Source: Eledone cirrhosa (taxonomy: Eukaryota). Taken from it: a stretch of 64,000 bases of DNA. Of the stretch, positions 12,901-26,881 are shown piece after piece. The stretch's first letter is position 1; each line of letters starts with the position of its first letter. The notes below the pieces were generated by a model that was given only the letters and a program-made list of their open reading frames with translations, did no database searches and was not told the origin of the DNA. Position numbers and translations under genes: made by a program. The DNA is taken from NCBI GenBank assembly GCA_964016885.1, contig OZ024754.1, positions 41,974,001-42,038,000 on the forward strand, given 5' to 3'.

Positions 12901-15900
12901 GTTTAAACATTGTTTTTTCGTTGTTGTTGTTTTTTTTTTTTTGGGGGGGGGGGGTTACTACTTACCATCTTCATTTTCATTTCCAGATATTCCAGATGAA
13001 GTGGTCCGACCTATTGACATTTGGACATCTTTATATTGTTGCTGTTGAAAAGATGTAACATGGTTATTTGGAGCATACAGCTTGGAGACACATCATCATC
13101 ATCATCACACACACACACACACATACATACATGTACACATACATACATATACACACACACACACATACATACATGTACACATATATACATACATATACAT
13201 ACACACACACGCACACATACATACATACATGTACACATATATACATATATACACACACATACATATATACACACACACACATATGTACACATATATACAT
13301 ACACACATGCATACATACACACATACATATATGTACACATATACACACACGCATACTTACACACACATACATATATGTACACATATACACACACGCATAC
13401 TTACACACACATACATATATGTACACATATACATACATATACACACACGCATACATATACACACACACATACATACATATATGTACACAGATACATACAT
13501 ATACACACACGCATACATATACACACACACACATACATACATATATGTACACATATATACATACATATACACACGCATACATATACACACACACACATAC
13601 ATACATACATATATATACACATATATACATACGTAAAGACCTGAAAATCCGCCTCTTCATTGCTGTAGTGGAGTCTGTGCTGCTGTACAGGTCTGAGACT
13701 TGGACACTGACCAAGAAACTCACTCAGATGGTGGATGGGTGCTACACGAGAATGCTGAGGATGGCTCTGAACATTAATCAGTATACACTGAGGATGAAGA
13801 ACTCAGAGCTGTACGCGAGACTCCCAAAAGTCAGCTCAAAAGTGACACAGAGGAGACTGAGGTTAGCTGGACATGCTCACCGACATCCAGAGTTGACACT
13901 GCACTCAGTGCTCCTGTGGGAGCCCCTACATGGACACACTGGAAGAGGAAGACCAAGGTTAACGTATGTTGATGCCCTAAGGACAGACACTGGTCTGTTG
14001 GAGACGCAGGGCATGGCAGCGATAATGAGGGACAGAGACCGCTGGAGAGAACTCGTCCATGGATCTCGGCAGGAATTTTACCCACCCTAGGTAGATAGAT
14101 ATACATACATATACACACACATACATACATACATATATACATGATGGGGAAGAAGAAAATTTAATGGGTTTTTTTTTACAGATTAATGATTCCTTTAATA
14201 AAGACCAAAAATGGGGAACTTGTGATGCTGTACCTCAAGCCTCTCCAACTGAAGAGACAGCGAGTTCTTTTCTGTGCTAATGGCTTCCAGAACAGTCTGT
14301 TTCTGAATTAGACTTTCAGTAAGTGTACGAACTCTAGACTCCAGTTCATCCTCTGTATTCGAATATAGGTTTTTTGTCATCAACTATAAAACAACAATAG
14401 AGATTTTTCAAAAAGAAAAGATTATTTGTAGAAATATCATCATCATCATCATCATCATTTAATGTCAGTCTTCTCTGCTAGCAAGGGTTAGATAGGTGTT
14501 CACAGCTTGAGTCAACCCTCAAGCAGAGTTACTCACTTCTCAGATGAGCCAGGAGCCTAGATCTCACTTATATATGTTCCTGTCTACTACCTGAGTATAA
14601 TTTTATCATGGGACCAGCACTAGGGAGATTGTCATGTCTTCGACACAGCTGATGAGTCCTCCTGACCCTTTGTCAGCTTTTCTACAGCTGGATGCCCTAC
14701 ATATTACCAACCACTTTACAGAATGTACCGAGTGTGTATACATACATTGAGTATTTACACTGACATTGTTTTTTGATAAGCTACCGTATTTCCCAGCGCC
14801 GAAGACACTTCGTCCTCGAGGACTCACCCTAATTTTGACAACCAAAAATTTGAAAAAAAATGATAAACAACTTTCGGCCTCCAGGACCCATGGTATATTT
14901 TTGAGACTTGTTTTAGGGAAAAAGTGGCGTTTCGACACTGGGAAATACGGTAAGTTCCAAACACCAGCTTAATATTAATAATGAGAAATTTAGTTTCTGG
15001 CAAATTCTTGATTATTTTCAAAATTATTTCAAAACTACACAGTGTCTTTCATATGGTAACAAATGGGTTACCATATTTCTAATGTAAGACACTGTGTTAC
15101 CATATTTTTAATGTAAGACACTGTGTTACCATATTTCTAATGTAAGACACTGTGTTACCATATTTTTAATGTAAGACACTGTGTTACCATATTTCTAATG
15201 TAAGACACTGGGTTACCATATTTCTAATGTAAGACACTGGGTTACCATATTTCTAATGTAAGACACTGGGTTACCATATTTCTAATTTATCTTACCTGAT
15301 TTTTCAAGTTATCAACGTCTTCATCTTTTTCTTTGAGTTTGTTATGGAACTGAGCCTTCTGCTTGTGGAGCTCTTCCAGAGTGTAGTGAAGTTCCTGGAA
15401 TGGTGGCAAATATAAAGATTACTTAGAGAGATATGAAGACTTAGATTTATACAAGAAAACAAGAAAAGTAAAATTGGAAGTTGTGGTATTTATGACTATC
15501 CAAGAACAGAATAAAATGGTGCAGGCATGGCTGTGTAGTTAAAAAGTTTGCTTCAGAACCTTAAGGTTTTAGGTTGTGTCACTGTGTTGTCATTGTTGAC
15601 ATCATCGTTGTAATCGAAGAGTCCTCCTGACTCTTTGTTTGCAATGGTGTATACCCTTCTTATCATCAACCACCTTACAAAGTGTACAGGGTGCAGTGTT
15701 GTAACTAAAGTGTCCTCTTAACCCTTTGGCTTAGCTTGGCTTGGTTTCTAAGACTGGAAGCCCTTCCTAACATCAACCATTTTATAAAGTGTACTTGGTG
15801 TATTTTATCATGACACCTACACTAGAAAGGTTGCCATGCCCTTGACACAACCAAAGAGTCCTCTCAAGAAACTCCTCTAAAAAAAAATGCAACAATAAAA

Positions 15901-18900
15901 ACGACATATGAACCTGTCTTGCTCACCTTTTTTTGTTTCAACAAATCCTGTTCAGTTTCCTCTTTGATGCGTCGTTCATCTGTCAGTTGGTCCTGTAACA
16001 AGTCTACTTCCTCTCGGTGAGATTCCCGATCAAGATGCAGCTGAGATTCAATATCCTTCAACAGAAGTTCATATAAAAAGTTAGCAGTTTCCCCCTAATA
16101 TATTGGGGAAGGTATAGTAAAGGTATGTTGGTCAGGACCTGAGATGGGAGTTGTTATCCTTCAACAGAAGTTCATATAAAGAGTTAGCAGTTTCCCCCTA
16201 ATATATTGGGGAAGGTATAGTAAAGGTATGTTGGTCAGGACCTGAGATGGGAGTTGTTATCCTTCAACAGAAGTTCATATAAAAAGTTAGCAGTTTCCCC
16301 CTAATATATTGGGGAAGGTATAGTAAAGGTATGATAGTCACAACATCAAATGGGAGTCGTTAAAAAAAAATGAAATTTACTGCTGACATTTATGAAAATT
16401 TTGCTGGCCACCTACAAGGTAGCATTTCACAGGTTTCTTGGGTGTTTTCATGATAAAGGCCCCAGTCCTATCATGTTATTACAGCTCACATCTATGTAGG
16501 TTTAGCTGGCCTCCTAACAGGTTACATCTCACAGGTTTCTTGGGTGTTTTAATAATAGGGGCTCCAGTCCTATCATGTTATTACAGCTCACATCTATGTA
16601 GGTTTAGCTGGCCTCCTAACAGGTTACATCTCACAGGTTTCTTGGGTGTATTAATGATAGAGACCCCAGTCCTATCATGTTATTACAGCTCACATCTATG
16701 TAGGTTTAGCTGGCCTCCTAACAGGTTACATCTCACAGGTTTGTTGGGTGTATTAATGATAGAGACCCCAGTCCTATCATGTTATTACAGCTCACATCTA
16801 TGTAGGTTTAGCTGGCCTCCTAACAGGTTACATCTCACAGGTTTCTTGGGTGTATTAATGATAGAGACCCCAGTCCTATCATGTTATTACAGCTCACATC
16901 TATGTAGGTTTAGCTGGCCTCCTAACAGGTTACATCTCACAGGTTTGTTGGGTGTATTAATGATAGAGACCCCAGTCCTATCATGTTATTACAGCTCACA
17001 TCTATGTAGGTTTAGCTGGCCTCCTAACAGGTTACATCTCACAGGTTTCTTGGGTGTATTAATGATAGAGACCCCAGTCCTATCATGTTATTACAGCTCA
17101 CATCTATGTAGGTTTAGCTGGCCTCCTAACAGGTTACATCTCACAGGTTTGTTGGGTGTATTAATGATAGAGACCCCAGTCCTATCATGTTATTACAGCT
17201 CACATCTATGTAGGTTTAGCTGGCCTCCTAACAGGTTACATCTCACAGGTTTGTTGGGTGTATTAATGATAGAGACCCCAGTCCTATCATGTTATTACAG
17301 CTCACATCTATGTAGGTTTAGCTGGCCTCCTAACAGGTTACATCTCACAGGTTTGTTGGGTGTATTAATGATAGAGACCCCAGTCCTATCATGTTATTAC
17401 AGCTCACATCTATGTAGGTTTAGCTGGCCTCCTAACAGGTTACATCTCACAGGTTTCTTGGGTGTTTTATATAAATTAGATGATTATAAAATAAAAATTA
17501 CAACTTACCTGTAATTCAACTTTTGCATTTTCTGAGCTCATCTTAATTTGTTGTAACTCATCTCTGTACATGTCTCGTTCACTTTTGATAGAATTAAATT
17601 CCTCTGTAGATATTCCTCTGTTATCATCTGATTCATCGGAACCGTTACGTAAACTGGCAATAAGGCGTTCCTTAGACTGTACAAGGGAAATTTTAAATAT
17701 TAATTTTTAGTTTGTACTAGCTAACCCTGTGGAAATTCCAGGGTTTATTTGTATGTATGTGTAAGTATGTATGTGTATGTATGTATGTGTATGTATGTAT
17801 GTATATGTATGTATGTGTATGTATGTATGTGTATGTATGTGTATGTATGTGTATGTATGTGTATGTATATGTATGTATGTGTATGTATGTGTATGTGTAT
17901 GTATGTATGTGTATGTATGTGTATGTATGTGTAAGTATGTATGTGTATGTATGTGTATGTATGTGTATGTATGTGTATGTATGTCTATGTATGTATGTCT
18001 ATGTATGTATGTCTATGTATGTCTATGTATGTATATGTATGTGTGTGTATGCATGTATATGTATGTATGCGTATGTATGTGTATGTATGTCTATGTATGT
18101 ATGTCTATGTATGTATGTGTATGTGTGTGTATGTATGTATGTGTATGTATGTGTATGTATGTGTATGTATGTATGTGTAAGTATGTATGTGTATGTATGA
18201 GTATGTATGTGTATGTATATGTATGTATGTGTATGTATGTGTATGTCTATGTATGTATGTCTATGTATGTGTGTGTATGTATGTCTATGTATGTGTGTGT
18301 ATGTATGTATATGTATGTATGTGTATGTATGAGTATGTATGTGTATGTATATGTATGTATGTGTATGTATGTGTATGTCTATGTATGTATGTGTATGTAT
18401 GTGTATGTATGTATATGTATGTCTATGTATGTATGTGTATGTGTGTGTATGTATGTATGTGTATGTATGTGTATGTATGTATGTGTAAGTATGTATGTGT
18501 ATGTATGAGTATGTATATGTATGTATGTGTATGTATGTGTATGTCTATGTATGTGTGTGTATGTATGTATATGTATGTATGTGTATGTATGAGTATGTAT
18601 GTGTATGTATATGTATGTATGTGTATGTATGTGTATGTCTATGTATGTATGTGTATGTGTGTGTATGTATGTCTATGTATGTGTGTGTATGTATGTATAT
18701 GTATGTATGTGTATGTATGAGTATGTATGTGTATGTATATGTATGTATGTGTATGTATGTGTATGTCTATGTATGTATGTGTATGTATGTGTATGTATGT
18801 ATGTGTATGTGTATGTGTGTATGTGTATGTATGTGTATGTGTATGTATGTATATGTATGTATGTGTATGTATGTGTATGTATGTGTATGTATGTGTATGT

Positions 18901-20910
18901 GTATGTATGTATGTGTGTGTGTGTATGTATGTGTATGTATGTATATGTATGTCTATGTATGTATGTGTATGTATGTATATGTATGTATGTGTATGTGTAT
19001 GTATGTGTATGTATGTGTATGTATGTGTATGTATGTGTATGTATGTATATGTATGTATATGTATGTCTATGTATGTATGTGTATGTATGTGTAAGTATGT
19101 GTATGTATGTGTATGTATGTGTATGTGTATGTATGTGTGTATGTGCAGTCAGAGATACTACTCACCACACCTGTAGAAGAGAGTGTAGATCAGCAGGAGG
19201 GTTCAAATGACCAGCCAAAGTACACGAAGACCAACCACAGCCGGCTGTTGCCAGTGAATGTTTTTATCATGGTTGCCAACTCTATGCAAGACGTTTTAGA
19301 TCCTTGGCTGACTATATATATATAGTATAGTATAGTCTGGCACGGTGCCATAACTCCCGATAGAGTTGTAGGGAGATGCCATATTCATAGACAGCGCTTC
19401 TTGGACATTTTAAGCCTGGCAGAGCCCATTCCTCTCCAGGCCTGAGTACAGCAGATTTCTTCCAGAGAAGGAAAGAGATATAGAGGAAGAATCGACCCCA
19501 GTACTGGACTGGTACTTTCCTTATCAACCTCAAAAGGATGAAAGGCAAAGTTGACTTCAGCGGGATTTGAACTCAGAAAGCAGAGAGCTGGAACGAATAC
19601 CATAAAGCATCCTATCCAACGTTTTAACAACTCTGCCAATTTGCTGCATGTATATATATATCATCATCATCATCATCATCTTCGTTTAACGTCCATTTTC
19701 CACGCTAGCATGGGTTATATATATATATATTGTGAAGGTGTGTGCCTGAGTGGTTAGAGAATTGGATTCGCAATTGTGAGGTTTTGAGTTCGATTCATGA
19801 ACCGGATGATGCGTTATGTCCTTAAGCAAGACACTTTATTTCACATTGCTTCTTCTATCTGAAGTTGCGACTGATAGATAATATTAACAATTGGAAAGAC
19901 CAATGAAAACATTGTTTACATCGGTCCGATTTGACGAAAGCCAATCAACTATCGATATATATATATATTGATTATTAGTACAGATTAAAAGTTTAAGCAA
20001 TAAAATACTACTTTCATCCTCAGCAAGAACTATAATCAGCAATGTCTTTTATTAGAAATCTGGTAATGAAAGGGTTAGAGTATACGGTGAAGAAAATCAA
20101 GGATAAGTGAAAGGAAGATGAAGCAGTTTTGGTTTTGCCAAAAATTTCTTCAGAATTAAATATCCTAGTAAGAAATTGTTTGACTAAAGCGTTACAAACC
20201 TGAAGAATTCTGGAAGCCTTTTCTTTATAATCAGACAGTTCTTGTCTAGCACCTTCTAAGTTCATTTTAACTGTCTTTAATTGTTGGTTGAGCTCTGATG
20301 ACTTTCCTATAATTAAAATATATTTATGTGAATATAATAAACATAAATGTGTACCTGTGAGCATCTGTAAATGTATTTATACCTGCAACTGTAAAGTGGT
20401 AGTGCTGGTATCATGTTAAAATGCACCCAGTACACTCTGTAAAGTGGTTAGCATTAGAAAGAATAACCAACTGCAGAAACGATTCCAAAAATGGAACATA
20501 GGAGTAAGATATGGCTCTTGAACCCTTCTTGATTTGTTCAACTCATACCAGCTAGGTAATCTAGACATAAAGTGTGTATGTGTGCGTGTGTATGTGTATG
20601 TATGTGTATTCATTCATATTAAAGCTAAAACGTAAGTCTTGTTACTCTGGAGTTTCACCTGTTTACCACAGGGTCATCAGATAAGACTCACTTTTTAGCC
20701 TTAGTATAAATGAATATTAAAACTCTACTTCGGTATTGAGTACTCTTTTCTCTCAGCCATCAACCACATATGGATATATATGTATATATATGTATATATC
20801 TATAAACATGAGTCAACAGGTTATAATTCACTTCATTTATTTATAATCGCTGTTATATATATTTTGTATGCAAAAGTGTTGGTGATAAACTAACGCATAC
20901 TTTAATTAAT

Positions 20911-20941
<31 letters not shown>

Positions 20942-23900
20942 CATCATCATTTCATTTTACGTCTGCTTTTTCCCTGCTTTCAAGGGTGGGACGGGAACTG
21001 ATTTTGGCTTGATTTCTACAGCTGGATGCCCTTCCTAACACCAACCTCATTTACAGTGAGTGCTGGGTGCTTTTTTGCCGTGGCACCTCCACGACCACTT
21101 TGCAGTGGAATGATATGGACCCCAGCCCCTATCATCTCATTTCTACAGCTGAGTAAACTGGAGCAATGTGAAATAAAGTGTCTTGCTCAAGGAAACAACA
21201 CATCACCCGGTCTGAGAATTGAACTCACAACCTTTCGATTGCAAGGCCAATGCTCTATATATATATATATATATACGTTATTCCGGGTTGAATCGGAGGT
21301 AACCACAGTAAGTAAGGTACTCAATACATTGCAGAGTATAAAAGTTTTAATATAGATGAGATTCTACAGGACTAGAACTGTTTCATTCTTTAGAAATCAT
21401 CAGGAATCATTCCTGATGATTTCTAAAGAATGAAACAGTTCTAGTCCTGTAGAATCTCATCTATATTAAAACTATATATATATATATATATATATAGATA
21501 CATCAACAACAACAAACCTTTTAGTAACCTTGTATGACATTAAGAGATACGATGTCACTAATCTAAGCTGGATATAGACACATATACACACACATAATTT
21601 GTTAAAACATTTATCAAAATTCTTCCTTACCTTTTTCATCATTCATCTTTTTATGACTTATATTCAACTGATCCGCTAATCCTTGCTGCTCATATTCTAG
21701 TCTGCTTTGTCTTTCTGAAGATTCAAGCTAAAATATGGAATAAAAAGCAACGATAAATTATTAGGGTTTTATTTCAGCAAACTTTACACAACAAAATATT
21801 TATACTGACATTTAAATTAGGTTTTAAATTTATCTTTTTGTTACCATATGTCAATGGGTATGTGGTTAGAATGTCTCAGGGAAGAATTACCGAACAGATT
21901 TGTAGCTCAGAGATCAGAGTGTCACTCCAGGTAGAGCTGCTACTTCTCCAAATTGAGAGATCACAGCTCTGATACTATGACATGTCATTAGAATGTCTCA
22001 GGGAAGAATTGCCGGACAGATTTGTAGCTCAGAGATCAGAGTGTCACTCCAGGTAGAGCCATTACTTCTCCAAATTGTGAGATCACAGCTCTGATACTAT
22101 GACATGTCATTAGAATGTCTCAGGGAAGAATTGCCGGACAGATTTGTAGCTCAGAGATCAGAGTGTCACTCCAGGTAGAGCTGCTACTTCTCCAAATTGA
22201 GAGATCACAGCTCTGATACTATGACATGTCATTAGAATGTCTCAGGGAAAAATCACTGGACAGATTTTACTGGCAAAATCAACAGGAAGGAGACCCAGGG
22301 TAGACCCTAAGCAAGATGGTTGGATAATATCCATGAACTTGGTTGGCCTCACTTGGGGATCCAGCCGGATCAGTTAGGGACAGTTGTTTCTTACAGAACC
22401 CACTGGAAGGAGTGTTTGAGGACTCTGCCCCAATGACCCTCTCAGGAATAAGTGGGTGAAGAAGAAGTTACCATATTTCTAAGAAAAAACACTGCCCATG
22501 ATTTTTAAATCATTTTCAAATTAATCAAGAGTTATAAGAGATTTAGTAATATAATTAACATTTCTCATTAAGCTGGTGTTTGGAACATAACTTAACAAAG
22601 GTTCTTCCATAAAATTATAAAGGAAGGATTTTAGATGCATATATAAACACTTTAAGCCCTTGATGCCATGTTTCTAATCAAAGATGTTGACAATGATTTT
22701 TAAATAATTTTGAAAATAATCAAGAATTTTACGAGATTATTTCTTCTTATTAAGTTATTTAATAAAAGTTCTTACATAAAATTATGATGGAAGATTTTTA
22801 GATAAATATGAATACTTTAACCCTTTCATTAGAATATTTCTAATGAAAGACACAGCCAATAACTTTGAAATATGTTTGAAAACAACAAAGAACTTTACAG
22901 GATTTAATAAAATAACTAACTTCCTCATTATTAAGCTGGTGTTTTGAACATAATTTAACAAAAGTTCTTATACAAAATTCTGATGGAAGGTTTTTAGATA
23001 AACTTTAAAATAAAAAAGTTTTCTATGATAGGAAAAGGGTCAGTTTCAGGTGAGTTGATATCAAAAGGGTTAAAGACCTGCAGAAACTGCCTTTCATACC
23101 TGTACTTTTTGGTAAGCATCTCGTTCACGTCTTAATGTATCTTCCAATTCAGATAATCTGGTCTTTAATGTTTCTAATGCCTGGTTCTGAACTCCACTGG
23201 AAGCTGAGTGATCCATTAAAACTCTAGATAGAGAAAAGTTGTCTGACTTATACAGAATATACAAATTAATTCACTCTATATCAGAATATATATTTAAATG
23301 CACCCACTACACTCTGTAAAATGGCAGAATGCATCCTATACCTTCTATAAAGCAGTAGTGCTGGTGTCACAATAAAATGCACCTAGTATACTCTGTAAAA
23401 TGGTAGTGATGGTGTCACAATAAAATGCACCTAGTACACTCTGTAAAGTGGTAGTGCTGGTGTCACAATAAAATGCACCCAGTACACTCTGTAAAATGGT
23501 AGTGATGGTGTCACAATAAAATGCACCCAGTACACTCTGTATAATGGTAGTGCTGGTGTCACAATAAAATGCACCCAGTACACTCTGTATAATGGTAGTA
23601 CTGGTGTCACATTAGAATGCATCCAATACACTAGAGGGTGGTCAAAGGCATGATGGTGTGACTCAAGTGAAGGATGTAATCGAGACAATCAAGGAGGGCA
23701 AACATAGATGGGCTGGCCACATCTCTCGTCTTAGAGACAACAGGTGGACTATTAGATTGACAGAGAGGACACCTGGGCTGACCACATCTCTCACCTTAGA
23801 GACAACAGGTGAACTATTGGATTGACAGAGGGAACACCAAGGCAGAAGAGAACCAGTAGAGGGCAGCTAAAGGCCAGATGGTGCAATGATCTGACCTGAT

Positions 23901-24535
23901 ACCTCAGCCCTATGTGGCCTAATATGGCCAAAGATAGGTAATAGTGAAGGGGAACCAGGGAAGTGTTCCTCCTAACAGGTGGGAGAAACTCCTGGATTTT
24001 AGACAGTGTTTACTGTGGCTACTTACCGATTGTTTTCTTTCTCTAGTCTTTCCAGCATACTTTGGTTCCTCCTCAGATCAGAATCTGCTTCTTCCAGTCG
24101 AATCTTCAAAATTGCTAACTGAGAGTCCTTGCAGTTAAGTGCCTCTTGTAAGTCCATCTCACGAGATTGTACTTGTCGTACGATCTGGTCATTTTTGGCA
24201 GAAAGTATGGTGTATTCATTTATCTTCTTTAAAGCAGCTTCCAATTCTGGTAATGATCAAAATGTATATATATATATTATTATTATGTAATAAACAACAT
24301 AAGGCAATTATTCCATTTACTGGTTTGTTTATTGAATATGGATTTTAGAATCCATATTCAATAAACAAACCAGGATTTTTCATTCTGAGGATTGAAAGCA
24401 AAACCTTTTGCTTTTAAGAAACCACTGGTAAATGGAATAATTGCCTTATGTTGTTTATTACATAATAATAATAATTAAGCTCTGTTGCATACATAGAGCA
24501 CTCTTTTTTCCTGGACTTTTCCGATGGAATTACTT

Positions 24536-24578
<43 letters not shown>

Positions 24579-26163
24579 TATTTAATAATAAGTTGACGGA
24601 ACTAGCATGGGTTTCACTGCTAGGACCGGTTGCATCTCAGCGTACTCAATAGGTAATGTTAAGTAACTCCCTGAGTATACACATAGTTATTTGCTTCAAT
24701 ACAACACACGTAAATGGGTACCTTCAATCTTTACTCGTACTTGAGTTTTGGCTTCACTTAATGCAGCAATAGAGTGCACAGCATCCACTGTCTGTATTTA
24801 TTATACAACAATGAAAAATCGAAGCATGTAGCTTCATCAGCGGGTTTCGCCTAATCAATAACCAATCGATCGACAGAATTCAATTCCAGTCCGTGTCGGC
24901 TATGACTGTATGTGACAGCCAACACAGTAAAACATTAGCAACTGAAATCTCTACGCATCATCACAATGTCGGCCAACGATTGGCTACTGATTCAGAAATT
25001 TATGTGATGGCAGGAGACGAAATTCAAATAGTTCCACCCCACCATAAGCACTCAGCCAACGTATCTCAAACACAAATTAACAAGTTAGTGAAAGATTGGT
25101 TTATTAGAAAAATTCGGTCTCCAATCACTGTACAATAGAATGGTAGCATTCAGCTCTAGTCTCCAAGTCCCATGGCGAGAAATAGTGTGACAGTAACAAT
25201 GGTAGTGCCTCGTTTCTACAGGACTAGAACTGTTTCATTCGAAGGAAATCATCAGGAAAGCCAAGTTTACTGATGATTTCCTTCACATACATATATACGT
25301 ATGTACATACATAGATACATATATATATATATATATTAATTCAAAATATTAACAAAAATAGACATTCGTGTGATCAAGTATATTTTATTATACATATTTC
25401 AGAGGTACTGAGCTATCTTCAACAGTACGTCCTCATCAGATAAAATAAGATGATACAACATGACATACCCTGACTTAGTAGATGGTTAAGATTCAGTCAT
25501 GGTAGTGAATAAGATATGACAAAACTCAATATTTATATACCTTAAGTCATTGAACCTTGTTTAACCTTTAAATATATATATATATATTTTGAATACACAA
25601 GAATCAAAGTTATGTTTAAAACATTTAATCGCTGACAATTGTTTCTTCCAAACCCAGGCTTCGAGTCCTCAGAGCATTATCAATGTTTGTACATATAATT
25701 GACCTCCTATTCAACTGAAGAATCATACAGATACATATATATTGATGTATATAATTCTATGTACAAACATTGATAATGCTCCGAAGACTCCAAGCCTAAG
25801 TTTGGAAGAAACAATTGTCAACGATTAAATGTTTTAAACATAACTTTGATTCTTGTCTATTCTATATAACTGCTCTGTATAATAAATGTTGTTCTTACAC
25901 TAAGCTATTTATCTTACAGGTAATAAGGTAGTAATAAATTACTGGCCTTACCTGTTTATAGTTGTTTATAGTATAGTATATACATAACTATAAATAGTAT
26001 CTTTAATATTATATATATATATATATACACACAAATACATACATACATACTACATATACACATGCACATATATACATACATAGATATATACACACATAAT
26101 ATATACATATGTACATACATAGATACACATATATATACACATACATACATACACACATACTTC

Positions 26164-26202
<39 letters not shown>

Positions 26203-26564
26203 CGCACATACATACATAGATATATACACACATACATATATACATATGTACATACATAGACACACATATATATATACACATACATACATACACACATACT
26301 TCATATACACACACACACATACATATATATACGCACATACATACATAGATATATACACACATACATATATACATATGTACATACATAGATACACATATAT
26401 ATATATACACATACATACATACACACATACTTCATATACACACACACACATACATATATATACGCACATACATACATAGATATATACACACATACATATA
26501 TACATATGTACATACATAGACACACATATATATACACATACATACATACACACATACTTCATAT

Positions 26565-26599
<35 letters not shown>

Positions 26600-26836
26600 C
26601 GCACATACATACATAGATATATACACACATACATATATACATATGTACATACATAGATACACATATATATATATATACACATACATACATACACACATAC
26701 TTCATATACACACACACACACATATATATACGCACATGCATACATAGATATATACACACACATACATATATACATATGTACATACATAGACACACATATA
26801 TATACACATACATACATACACACATACTTCATATAC

Positions 26837-26881
<45 letters not shown>

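Noticed and set aside
16438-17514. 358-aa ORF
   Set aside because: It results from a stop-free 102-bp tandem repeat antisense in a GOLGA5 intron; no evidence of coding.
17749-19210. Many long M/C/V/Y- or H/T/Y/I-rich ORFs (also at 13011-13723, 25956-27233 and 51714-52492)
   Set aside because: They are translations of microsatellites or minisatellites.
19988-20025. Reverse-strand CTGAGGAtGAAA resembling family A
   Set aside because: Stem II is absent and stem I does not pair; at most a deleted remnant.
24815-24856. Reverse-strand GAAAC..CTGATGA motif
   Set aside because: Element order and spacing do not allow a complete hammerhead fold.
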